Assembly (NCBI RefSeq): GCF_001194135.2
Contig: NC_068993.1
Span: 12,764,101 to 12,810,676 of the forward strand
Length of the DNA stretch: 46,576 bases
Reading direction: 5' to 3'
From: Octopus bimaculoides
Taxonomy: Eukaryota
Under the pieces are notes generated by a model. The model did no database searches and was not told the DNA's origin. It saw only the letters and a list, made by a program, of their open reading frames with translations. Shown here piece by piece: positions 12,185 through 22,685 of this stretch. The first letter of the stretch is position 1, and each line of letters begins with the position of its first letter. The translations under genes were made by a program, and so were the position numbers.

Positions 12185-12548
12185 GGTGGAGGCGCAATAG
12201 CCCAGTGGTTAGGGTAGCGGACTCGCGGTCATAGGATCGCGGTTTCTATTCCCAGACCGGGCGTTGTGAGTGTTTATTGAGCGAAAACACCTAAAGCTCC
12301 ACGAGGCTTCGGCAGCGGGGAGGCGAACCCTGCTGTACTCTTTCATCACAACTTTCTCTCACTCTTTCTTCCTGTTTCTGTTGTACCTGTATTTCAAAGG
12401 GTCAGCCTAGTCACACTGTGTCACGCTGAATATCCCCGAGAACTACGTTAAGGGTACNNNNNNNNNNTTAATTTCACGAGCAGGCTGTTCCGTTGATCGG
12501 ATCGAATGGAACCCTCGACGTCGTAAGCGACGGAGTGCCAACAACAAC
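12185..12548 (+). mobile_element. SINE family B, full length, tRNA-derived head, (CAA)n tail, 12-bp TSD
   Basis: A-box-like tagcccagtggttagg, B-box-like ggtttctattccc, tail acaacaac. Perfect TSD agttgttccttc at 12173-12184 and 12549-12560. Highly similar to 33501-33884. Confidence 0.95.
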
Positions 12549-12812
12549 AGTTGTTCCTTCTACTCCTAGTTCTCCTTCTCCACCTTTGTGCCTTTGTAAG
12601 ACATTATTAGCATCGTCCAACCTGGTTTTGGTTGCTAAATCAAAGTCAATACTCGGACAATTCTATAAAAGAATTATGTAGCTTCGTTGATTTTATTTTT
12701 GATACTTTACTCTTTTACACGTTGTAGATCCCCACTGTATCATTGCATATTCTATGTATTTCTTTAGACCCCATGAGCAATAAAAAGGAATCAATTTTAT
12801 TTGCATTATAAA

Positions 12813-13027
12813 GACGGTGAGCTGACAGAATCTTGAGCACGGCGGGCAAAATACGCAGCAGTATTTCGTCCGTCTTTACGTTCTGAGTTCAAATTCCGCC
12901 TTGGTTTACTTTGCCCTTCATCCTTTCGAGATCGATAAAAGAAGTACCAGTTGAGTACTGGAGTCGATGTAATCGACTATCCCCCTCTTTCAAATTTCAG
13001 GCTTTGTGCCTACTGTAGAAAGGATTA
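12813..13027 (+). mobile_element. SINE family A, tail type 2
   Basis: gacggtgagctgacagaatc...gtagaaaggatta. Confidence 0.9.
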
Positions 13028-13030
13028 TAA

Positions 13031-13236
13031 GGCGGTGAGCTGGCAGAATTGTTAGTACGCCGGACAAAATGCTTAACCGCACTTCGTCCGTCTTTACGCT
13101 GAGTTCAAATCGTCGTGGTTGATTTTAATTTTCACATTTTCGAACCCGATGAAATCAGTTGAAACCAGTAGAACACTATGGTCGATGTAATCAAATAGCT
13201 CAATCCAAAAAAAAATTCAGTCTTGTAGCTATATTA
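13031..13236 (+). mobile_element. SINE family A, head-to-tail with the previous copy
   Basis: ggcggtgagctggcagaattgttag begins 3 nt after the previous tail; 3' half diverged. Confidence 0.85.
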
Positions 13237-13245
13237 GAACAGTGG

Positions 13246-13376
13246 TTAAATTTGTTGTCTCCATTTTATTTTATTTAAATTTTATTTTATTTAAATTTAT
13301 TTTATTTTATTTAAATTTATTTTATTTTATTTAAATTTATTTTATTTAAATTTGTTGTCTCCATTTTATTTTATTT
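13246..13376. repeat. AT-rich (TTTTA)-based tandem array bounded by a 31-bp direct repeat
   Basis: ttaaatttgttgtctccattttattttattt at 13246 and 13346 (period 100), with aaatttattttattttattt-like units between. Confidence 0.85.
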
Positions 13377-13578
13377 CTGAGTCCAAACATAAAATGCATT
13401 CCTGATATACGGGAAAATAGAGGAACAGAAAAGAAAACAAATAACATAACAAGTGAATTCTTTCCCGTGTGTGGGTTCGTAACCCTATATACTTCAAGTC
13501 TTCATAACAGTTATATCCAATCTAAATTATTGTGTATTTTACATTTTTTCTTCCAATTAATTCTTTAAACATCTTTAA

Positions 13579-13690
13579 GCCTGACCTAGTGGTTAAGTGG
13601 TTGCACTCACGATCACCAGCACGTGGTTTCGACCGCCAAACTAGGCGGCGTGTTGTGTTCTTGAGCAAAACACCTTATCTCACGTTGCTT
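13579..13690 (+). mobile_element. Degenerate tRNA-headed SINE fragment (another family)
   Basis: A-box-like gacctagtggttaag, B-box-like ggtttcgaccgcc, then gtgttgtgttcttgagcaaaacac. Confidence 0.6.
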
Positions 13691-14522
13691 TAGTGCCGTA
13701 TAGTGACCGGTATGCCAAAGAATAGACCTAATGTTTTTGCTGCATGTCTTGAAGGGAACTTAAAGAGATTCCGGTAGGATTTTCACCCCAACCTCGGAAA
13801 ACCCTCAACAACAACGACTACCCAAACAATTCCATGGGTTGGAAGGTTGTCACCTGGGTGCTGCAAAGGTGTCATTCAGTAGGAGCAGGGAATCACCAAC
13901 AAATAGTGGATGCTGTCACAGCGCATGCCCGGTATTATTATTACTGCTACTACTACTACTACAAATTTCATTAAATTTTAAATTCGTTTCTAGTATAACA
14001 TCTTCACCCCTCCCTCGTTTTTATGCAACTTAGTCCAGTTCCACACGTTTAGTAAGCCCCGTGTTCTTAGACATCCATTATATGTTATGAATTTCTTTGG
14101 AGTCCTTCTGGCTAATAACGAAAGCAAGAGTAGCAGCGTTTCTGTTAAGACATATTTATTTTGAGCCGAGCAGGTGTGGATATTGCAAAGTGGTGTCAAA
14201 TGTGGAGAGGTTTTACTATTGTGCGACTATCATCGTTGAATGGAGGTATCTACTAACTGTTTTTTATGGCACAAAGATACTTTATTAAAACATTTTTAGT
14301 TCAAATGCTTCGATTTTTGTTCTATGTTTTATGACTCGGCATGAAGAGGGATGAAGCAACTATTCGAAGAAAAAAAAACATCGAAATATTTCTACTAATT
14401 CTAAAGAAATGGACACGACTATTCAATACAAACAAATAGATCTTGCGAAAAAAAAAATTACATTGAGTTACTGCATATTAATTACTGTAATATTTCACTT
14501 GGAAGAAGCAAACAAAAAAAAA

Positions 14523-14697
14523 ATGTTTAACGATAGTTCGTCTGTCTTTACTTTCTGAGTTCGAATTCCGCCGAGGTCGACTTTGCCTTTTATATTCTTT
14601 CGGGGTCGATAAATTAAGTACCAGTTGCGTACTGAGGTTCATATAATCAACTGGCACCCTCCTCCAAAATTTTGGGCCTTGTGCCTAGAGTAGAAAA
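14523..14697 (+). mobile_element. SINE family A, 5'-truncated, tail type 2
   Basis: gagttcgaattccgccgaggtcgactttgcc...gggccttgtgcctagagtaga. Confidence 0.85.
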
Positions 14698-14750
14698 AAT
14701 TTATTTTCGGGTCAGGTGTGCCACCGAAATTTGAAAAGAATATAAGTGCA

Positions 14751-14795
14751 CCGGAAGTGAATAAAAGGTTGCGGAGCACCGCTACAGACGGAAGC
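14751..14795 (+). promoter_or_regulatory. ETS-type CCGGAAGTG motif plus a second (A)CGGAAG core; possible promoter
   Basis: Exact CCGGAAGTG at 14751-14759 and acggaagc at 14788-14795 in unique, relatively CpG-rich sequence upstream of a G|gtaagt donor (14845/14846). The motif match alone is weak. Confidence 0.25.
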
Positions 14796-14973
14796 AAAAA
14801 TGATACGTAGAAAACCCGCTCATCGACTTGGATATCAATTCATGGGTAAGTGTATTGCAAAGGTGACTGTCAGGGGAATAGTTACTGGAAAGAAACTGTC
14901 CTTGGTTTCTGAGCGGGAGCCTTCGTTTTCGCTCAATCAACAGTACCATCTACATGTATTAACTTAATTTTCA

Positions 14974-15119
14974 GTTTTCAAGTAACCACAGTTATCGGCT
15001 ATCAGTTATTTTTGTGTCTTGAAGCCCTGATACAAAAAAAAAAGACTAGAAAAAATATGGGTTTGAGTTCAGCAGGACTTGAACTCAGAACGCCAAAGTT
15101 TATCTCTAAATTCTGGATA
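14974..15119 (+). repeat. Left arm of a long inverted duplication
   Basis: Its reverse complement aligns to 17921-18080; only 2 mismatches in the inner ~60 bp. Confidence 0.95.
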
Positions 15120-15815
15120 CAAGGGACGTAGTAGAAGTCAGAAAGAACTGGTTAACTAAGGAAACAAACAGTGGTAGGTGAAGAAAAAATGTCTCCGCAG
15201 AAGCAGAATAAACATTTGTCCCTCTGAATGTAAAGTGAAGAAAGAAAGTTATAAGGAGCAGAGCGACGATGACAAAATATGTCAGGTTTATTCAAAATAT
15301 AAAGCAGTCCTTCCCAAGAGAATCAAAGAGCTAAGAAGCGAAAGAGAGGACGAATTAGTACGTAGAAAAGGCGAAATATAACCAGTGTACTGGAGATTTA
15401 CAATATATTTGGTAAAAATGCTACGGGAAATTGTTACCGTTTGAAACCGGAATAACTTGTTAGCAGAATCGTTGCGAATGCTCTGACCCGACCAACCAGG
15501 TGAAGGTAAGTTACTCGCAGTGTGTCTTTTCGTACTCACTAATAATTTGTTTTCATTTCATATGCATTTCCTTAAAGTTATATGTTTATAAGTCTCTTCG
15601 ATTTATAAATGTTTAACATGTTTATTTGTATAATACTCCTGACACATCTCTCCAGCTTTTATATGTAATTTTATCTTAACACCCCACTCGCGCTTTTATC
15701 TATTATTAGACATAAGCCTCATAAACTACAAAATATAAATATCCACACTATCACACTTGAAACGTACCTGTTATAACACTTTATCCCGATTTGAATGTAC
15801 GCGAAGGTATTTAGA

Positions 15816-15983
15816 ATGCCCAAACTTGTTGCTGAAAATGGGTTAAACACTGATGCTGATATTAATTTAATCAATAAGCGTAGGAGCGAGGTAAATGCAG
15901 TAAAAATAGAGGGGTCAGCGAAGCCCCATTTAAACGGCACTTCAAAAATTGAATCTCCTTATGATACTCTCTGGGAGTTCATG
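15816..15983 (+). CDS. Candidate coding exon (56 codons), product unknown
   Basis: MPKLVAENGLNTDADINLINKRRSEVNAVKIEGSAKPHLNGTSKIESPYDTLWEFM in non-repetitive sequence; gtatttag|A-ATG upstream, phase-0 donor ATG|gtatga. No homolog recognised; could be a TE relic. Confidence 0.3.
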
Positions 15984-16356
15984 GTATGAAATTCATTACG
16001 TCGCCAATGTCATGTATTTAGTTTAAAATAGAGTAAAAATAGCAAGGGTTCAGTGGGGCCCCAATTATCGGCCCTTAAAAAAAACACCCTTTTAGAACAT
16101 TGCCTTGCATTAGGGGAGTTGTTGGTTTGAGTTTCGTTGTCTTTGAACCAACGGTCTCGGAGGAGTTAACGAACATAAAAACCTAATAGACAGAGAAACA
16201 TTTTATTTTATAATCGGAATATTATTTGTAAAATTAAAAAAAACTCGGATTGATGTAATCGATTTACCCGCTCCCCGAAAATTGCTGGCCGTGTACCAAA
16301 AATTTCAAACTATTTACAAAGCCCACTGTTTATCTGTAATATATTATATGTATTAA

Positions 16357-16590
16357 GGCAGCGAGCTGGCAGAAACGTTAGCACACCAGGCGAAATGCTT
16401 AATGGTATTTCGCCCGTCGCTACGTTCTGAGTTCAAATTCCACCGAGGTCGACTTTGCCTTTCATCCTTTCGGAGTCGATTAAATAAGTACCAGTTTCGC
16501 ACTGGGGTCGATATAATCGACTTAATCCCTTTGTCTGTCCTTGTTTGTCCCCTCTATGTTTAGCCCCCTGTGGGTAATAATGAAATAAGA
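16357..16590 (+). mobile_element. SINE family A, full length, tail type 1
   Basis: Matches 1290-1523 including the long tail. Confidence 0.92.
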
Positions 16591-16770
16591 AACGTTAGCA
16601 CACTGGCCGAAATGCTTAGCGGTATTTCGTCTGTCTTTACGTTCGGAGTTCAAATTCCACCGAGGTCGACTATGCCTTTCATCCTTTCGGGGTCTATAAA
16701 TTAAGTACCAGTTACGCACTGGGGTTGATTTAATCGACTGTCCCCCTCCCCCAGAATTTCGGGCCTTGTA
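16589..16770 (+). mobile_element. SINE family A fused directly to the previous tail
   Basis: Junction aataagaaacgttagca joins the tail end (aga) to the head motif (agaaacgttagc). Confidence 0.9.
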
Positions 16771-17920
16771 AATTATATGTATGCATGTATTGACTTGCTT
16801 TCTGTGACTCAGGAAGAATTATTTTACTTTACATTCTGAATCGAAATCCTGCCGACGTTAACTTTGACTTTCATGCCTCGTAGGTCAATAAATAAATCGT
16901 ACCAGTCAAGTACTGGAGTCCATACAATTCACTGTTCTTTTACACAAAAATTCCGGCCATTTGTGTATTTTAGAAACGAGTGCTATTATTGTGGTTTTAT
17001 CACAGAAAACCATGTCTTGAATCAAACCATTTATATACACTGTTATAATATTTGTTTTCTATAACAGAAGTTTAGTTGTTATATTTATGCAACTGTTATT
17101 GTATCATGGAATAAGGAGGAGAGTTTACTTGTTATATATATCTTCCCCGTTTATGTGAAGAAATACTGTTAATTGTTATAGGTTTCTGCTTTCAAGGTAG
17201 ATATTTCTTTTCAAAATGGATTCTCTTCTGTCGTGACGAAGAATTGAATCCTATAGCAATGGTAGCTGACTTTTCTCTTTTGGAATAGGCGGGAAAGAAA
17301 ATACGAGTCTTTTGAGTATTGTGAATATTCGTTCAAATAGTATCAATAATTCTAACATGAACAACAACAACAACAGCAACATCGACGATAACAATAACAT
17401 GAGCAATTCTGACAATACAAAGAACAATATCGATTACAGAGTAATGCAAACATTTATGATAATGCCATGTAACAAGAACAACAACAGCTATCACAGTAGT
17501 GACAGCGAAGATAGCAGCATGAAAACGAATCGGTGGAGAGGGAAGCTGTACTTCTCCATCAGTGGTTCTGAAACTTGGGTATGGAAGTCTTTAGGAGTAC
17601 GCAAGATAAATTGCTGGGGCACATGTACCTTCAGGTTTTAGTTCTAGATATTTACGTTCTGAGTTCAAATTTTACCAAGATTAAATTTTGATTTTTCATC
17701 CTTCCGTATTAGTTAGAAAAGAAAAAAAAAAAGATCCCTTTATTACTCACAAGGGGCCAAACATAGAAAAAAAAAAGCACTTGCCATCCATCAAGTCATC
17801 TATGTAAGGAATTGTTTCCCTCCTACAAAATTTCCAGCTTCACGTCTATTTAAGAAATATTAATTAGTATTGTTGAGGAAAATGAATGTAAAAAAAAAAT
17901 AGTTGAGTGACGAAAAAAGA

Positions 17921-18080
17921 TATCCAGAATTTAGAGATAAACTTTGACGTTCTGAGTTCAAGTCCTGCTGAACTCACACCCATATTTTTCTAGTCTTTTT
18001 TTTTTTTCCTTTTTTTTTTTGTATCAGGGCTTGAAGACAGAAAAATAAGTGATAGCAGATCACTGTGGTTGCCTGTAAAC
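17921..18080 (-). repeat. Right arm of the long inverted duplication
   Basis: tatccagaatttagagataaactttgacgttctgagttcaagtcctgctgaactc...gtatcagggcttgaagac...ctgtggtt is the reverse complement of 14974-15119, with an expanded poly-T. Confidence 0.95.
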
Positions 18081-18397
18081 GCCACATGAAATGTATACAT
18101 GTCTAAGATTTAACTGTTTTTAATACGGAAGGAGCTATAAGTCTTTTTCTGTAATACTGCACGTATTTAGTTCAGAGCAGAGCTAAAGAGGTTTTCACTC
18201 TGGCGGGACGTCGAGTGTCATCTGTAGAGGAACCAACGACATACTAGAAATTACAGCTCAGTCACTCTTAGGTCACACGCAATACTATATTTCGGAGGGG
18301 TCACACATTGGTATCAGCATAGTCACTGCTGAGAAATAGAGTTTATATGAAACAGAAGATGGTTGCTGAGTAAAATAAGAGTGCAAATATTTGTTTC

Positions 18398-18580
18398 AAA
18401 TTTTGGCACAAGACGAGCGATTTCGGGGTGAGTGGGCTGTAAGTCGATTACATCTTATCTACTCTAAAAGGATGAAAGGCAAAATTGATCTTGGCGGAAT
18501 TGAAACTCAGAACGTAGACTGACGAAATACCTCTAAGAATTTTGCCAGGCGGGGTAACGATTCTGCCACATCAACGCCTT
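18398..18580 (-). mobile_element. SINE family A
   Basis: Reverse-complement body aaaggatgaaaggc...gaattgaaactcagaacgta...acgattctgcca. Confidence 0.85.
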
Positions 18581-18604
18581 AGTATAGAATATAATGTTGA
18601 TTTC

Positions 18605-18795
18605 AAGTTTGGGCACAAGGCCAGCAATTTCGGTGGGAGACATCGACTCCAATGCTTTAGTGTTCCTTATTTTATCGCTCCCCGAAAAGTTGAAAAGCAA
18701 GGTCAACCACGGCGGAATATGAACTCTGAACGTAAAGACGGACGAAATGCAGATAAGCATTTTGCCCGGCGTGCTAACGATTCTGCCAGCTGGCG
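18605..18795 (-). mobile_element. SINE family A, tandem with the previous copy
   Basis: gggcacaaggccagcaatttcgg...cggaatatgaactctgaacgtaaagac...gctaacgattctgccagct. Confidence 0.85.
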
Positions 18796-19494
18796 AGGAG
18801 ATGAGTCGCAGCAATCTCAAAGCGGTCGAGCGTCCATCATTAATGAGACCCAAGAATGTCGAAATCACGCGATTTTGTGGCCTCGATGCTAGAGGTGGCT
18901 GGTACTTATCTCTCCTCTAGCGATATAAACAAGAGTTTACTTTGCAACACATTCCAAATTGAGATTTTCTCTCATGGTAACTATTGAATTCTAGTTTGTT
19001 CTGACAGAACATCCACGTTTAACGGATGATAAATATTAACGCTCGGTATTAATACTGCCTCTGTCGCTAATATCTACCTCGCTATCTACCCATCTATCTA
19101 TCTATCTATCTATCTATCTGTGTGTGTGTGCGCACGCGCGCGCACACACAAATTCACATTCATAGTCAAAAGGTGATTATCATTTGATTCGCCACTTCCA
19201 TAGCGTATTAACTTTCACACGGAATGATTGAGTGTACGTTTGTGCATGTGTCTGTTTACCGCCCTCCTCTCTCTCTCTCTCCCTGTCTCTCTCAGCATGC
19301 TTCTAATTTGACTCCATGTCCACTCTACCATAACGTATCACCTTTCAAAGACTGGCTACTTCCATGTCACGCTTCAGATCACAGCAGATATGCTGTATGG
19401 CTGCTATCAACAGTTGGTTGTCATAAGCTGAAGTATAGCCGAAATTCATATGCCGTCGGGTAACTATCAGCCTAGAGGTTATATATTCCCTTAC

Positions 19495-19518
19495 CTGATT
19501 GAAAACAGACAGGTGGTG
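19495..19518 (-). CDS. Candidate 24-nt microexon
   Basis: Strong acceptor ctgtccgtctttttcag| and donor CAG|gtaagg; length is a multiple of 3; all frames open. Confidence 0.3.
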
Positions 19519-19796
19519 CTGAAAAAGACGGACAGGTAGAAGTGATAAAGTTTTTATTCGGTTTTAAACTTTATACTAGGATTTATTGGCAATTAAATTT
19601 ACTTTCTATTTGTTTATTAACTTCTTTTTATAAGTGCATCGTGTGAAATTCATAAAAATAAGTATTTCGAATAGTCAGTCACCTACATACTAAAACATGT
19701 ATGTATGTATGTTGTATGTATGTATATATGTGTGTGCGTATGAGCGTATATGTTTGTATGATATTGCCGCTATATGTGAATACACACACACATACA

Positions 19797-19831
<35 letters not shown>

Positions 19832-20323
19832 AATCACAAAGACTATAAGTGCATCACAAAGACTATAAATGCATAATTGTTGTAACAGATAAAGAAATAT
19901 AAAAGCTAACGACACAGAGATGTTTGCGCGCACACATGAATCTTGAATACTACGAGAAAACGCTGAGAACAGAATAAATTATATATGTGGTAATTCCCGT
20001 TTAGTGATAAATATTTTTATAAGTTAAGATATGCATACATATATATATATCCAGAAAATACCCGATGCTTCTCCATCCTCAAATAAACAAATTTAATCTT
20101 GTTAGAATTGATAAAATAGTAGATATTGGTCAAAATATTCTATTTGCGAATTTGCTGAAGAATATAGTTGAGTTTGGTTGTCAAATGTTCAGTACGGAGT
20201 ATTCGATGATTTAAAAAAATTCTTACTAAGAATTATGTTCTAGTAGATTTGATACCAACTAAAATGTTATGTTGACGACTGATGCTAGTGGATGAAATAA
20301 ACTTCGAAGATGCTTTGTCCCAC

Positions 20324-20661
20324 GTATTTATTTAAGGATATTGGATGTCCTTCTCTTGGTGGCGACAACAGTTCTCATAATGCTGGATCCATTTCTGTAT
20401 CTTCTCTGGATCACAAGCGTTTCATCCCTCACCTACTATACTCCGTCTGAGAGGAGCAGCGAGGATCGAATTAACGTTTGGCTACAGAAGGATTCCCTCT
20501 GCGTTCTTCAGTCAACCACAACTAGCCTGATCTGATTTCAACAGCTATTGCTATCCCCTCGGTTACTCTCTCCAGTCGTTTGTGTTCCAAATCAATTTTC
20601 TGCAGGACAATAGCGTACCGATCCAACTGGAAAACCACGAAAACCGACTTCAATAGGAAAT
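20324..20661 (-). mobile_element. 5'-truncated R2-group (HERO/NeSL-like, REL endonuclease) non-LTR retrotransposon 3' end
   Basis: Minus strand reads FPIEVGFRGFPVGSVRYC, then after a frameshift QKIDLEHKRLERVTEGIAIAVEIRSG*LWL. This matches the REL C-terminal P(I/V)EVGCRGF...WLWL pattern. It ends in a taaataaata tail and splits the Gypsy RNase H. Confidence 0.75.
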
Positions 20662-20924
20662 GAGGCTGCACATCATTGTTTTTTCAAGAGCCTCATCAGA
20701 CAATCAGGATTTTTATCGGAGAGTAACCACTTAGAAGTATATTTATAACAGGTTAACTCGTGCTCGAACTTACTGGGAGAGAAAATGCCTATTTTGATTC
20801 GAAAACCGGCCACTTAAATTTATCATGAATACCTGCATAGAAATTATTGAGATTTCATTTTCAAAAATACTGCGCTGGTGTATCTTGCATGCAGTATTTG
20901 ATTTTGATATATAGTCAGTCAAGA

Positions 20925-21535
20925 AGGCAGATAGTTGTTAGAATAGTTAATGCGTCGGGTAAAATGTTTGCTCTTTTACTTGTTTCAGTCATTTGACTGT
21001 GGCCATGCTGGAGCACCGCCTTTAGTCGAGCAAATCGACCCCAGGACTTATTCTTTGTAAGCCTAGTACTTATTCTATCGGTCTATTTTTGCAGAACCGC
21101 TAAGTTACGGGGACGTAAACACACCAGCATCTGTTGTCAAGCGATGTTGGAGAGGCAAACACACACACAAACATATACACAAACATACATATATATATAT
21201 ATACATATATACGACGGACTTCTTTCAGTTTCCGTCTACCAAATCCACTCACAAGACTTTGGTCGGCTGGAGGTTATAGTAGAAGACACTTACCCAAGAT
21301 GCCACGCTGTGGGACGGAACCCGGAACCATGTGGTTGGTAAGCAAGCTATTTACCACACAGCCACTCCTGCGCCTGTTTAGTAACTTTTCTTCTGGCTCT
21401 TACGTTCCTGATTTCAGATTTCAACGAGGTTCACTTAACCATTTCATTCTTTCGGGTTCGACAAAATAAGTACCAATCGAGCACGAAGGCCGATGTTGTC
21501 GACTTGCCACCTTCCCACAAAATTATTGGCTTTAT
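20925..21535 (+). mobile_element. Old SINE family A copy split by the family C insertion
   Basis: Head fragment aaggcagatagttgttagaatagttaatgcgtcgggtaaaatg at 20925-20968; body resumes at ~21377 (ttacgttcctgatttcagatttcaacgaggttcact...gtcgacttg). Confidence 0.65.
20971..21376 (-). mobile_element. SINE family C (tRNA head + CORE-like block + microsatellite + tail), full length
   Basis: On minus: caggcgcaggagtggctgtgtggtaa, ttgggtaagtgtcttctactata (CORE-like), gtagacggaaactgaaagaagtccgtcgta, (TA/TG)n, tail ...ctggggtcgatttgctcgactaaagg...aacaagtaaaagag. Confidence 0.9.
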
Positions 21536-22685
21536 ATCAAAATAAGTGAGGAAAATTACATCGTCCACTCATACGCGCTTTCTCATTTACATTTTAGAAT
21601 ACATCAAGATTCTATTTTGGATAATGGAAAGGAATCGAACTGTTATTTCTTGATAGCCTAATTTCTGAAACACTATGAAGAACCAATACTAGAGAAAATA
21701 TTTTCAAGAATAAAATAAAATTGCCTGGAGTATACTTTTCTAATGCTAAGAGACCTTATAAGCGAGATCAAACATATATTAACTTTTGAAGATAGATTTC
21801 TTAGCATCTGTGACCCTATAGCTCCACCTTTCGTATCTTGGAGGCAATTCATTGTGTCCATGACGACGTCCATTGCAATATTATTGAGACTCGTATTCAC
21901 CTGACGCTAGGTGGTCTGACTCTTCACACAATGTAGAGGGCTACACGCGCAGATGTTCTAAAGTGCGGACATTGTTGTGGAGTTTTTTGTTGTTTTTTTT
22001 ATTAGCAGAACGGGTTTCGTTCGCGACCCAAGTTGATAGACACTTAGGCTCGTCGTGTACAGAAGGATCATGCCCACCTTAACGGCATCGGATTGCTGTT
22101 TATCACGAAGAAGTCTTTCTCAGCGTAATCAAAACCTGACCTTAATAGGAAGAGTTTGACCATAAAACATGTGTTACGAGTAATTTACCCTGGGATTGTT
22201 GTACCAAAATACTTTGGACAGATTTGTCCCCAAATTTCATGATAATCTCTTGTATTTGTTCACATGAAAATTGGTTGAATTCTTTACAAAACATTTTGTA
22301 TTGCCGCCAATCAAATGGAATTGCAGAACGAACGGTTCAAACAATTAAAATGAAGTTAAATGAGCTTTTCTCTCAGGAAAAAGATTTGTCATTTGTTTTC
22401 CGGTTGTGACTCAATAACATTATAGCCAACAAGTTACAATACTACATCATTCCAAGAGGTTTACAAATGCATTTTACATTGATAGGATATCAGATACGTG
22501 TAACCTTGACTATATCTTGTAACATGGATGAGTAGATGTAGTGTAAAAACAATAATGGTTCAGCACATAGAAATTGGAAACTTAGTATTGCGAGCTGGAA
22601 GTGATACTGCCCTCATTATAGAGAATGAAATGGATACTTTGTTTCATGGAGACCAGATCACATATAAACATGAAGTACTTGAAGC

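Larger units (their letters stand above)
19860..22680 (+). mobile_element. Decayed Ty3/Gypsy LTR-retrotransposon pol (RT C-terminus, RNase H, integrase) with nested insertions
   Basis: Collinear motifs: NSRYWSKYS (~20115), LTTDAS (~20272), TRAR...NRPLKFI...KILRWCI..FDFDI (20757-20915), VHDDVHC and W..NVEGYTRRC zinc-binding region (21855-21960), DHAHLNGIGLL, TIKHVLRVI, QSNGIAERTVQTIK (~22310-22350), GYQIRVTLT, HGDQI. Many stops and frameshifts. Confidence 0.88.

Noticed and set aside
12188-12260. tRNA gene
   Set aside because: The tRNA-like head continues into a ~300-bp SINE body with tail and TSD; no proper acceptor stem.
15178-15381. 67-aa charged ORF as a MULE zinc-finger or LINE fragment
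   Set aside because: Similarity too vague to call; retained only as part of the inverted-duplication finding.
16130-16210. Possible Helitron/HINE-like terminus (cggtctcggaggagtt...)
   Set aside because: Resemblance from memory only; no matching other end or second copy in the window.
20433-20481. Minus 49-nt exon candidate PNVNSILAAPLRRSIV, initially phase-compatible with 32512-32559 and 19495-19518
   Set aside because: Lies inside the REL retrotransposon 3' fragment, so the attractive multi-exon chain was dropped.
20341-20535. + ORF with LDPFLY, resembling a GPCR TM7 DPxxY motif
   Set aside because: It is the antisense of the REL element fragment; no other GPCR helices are present.
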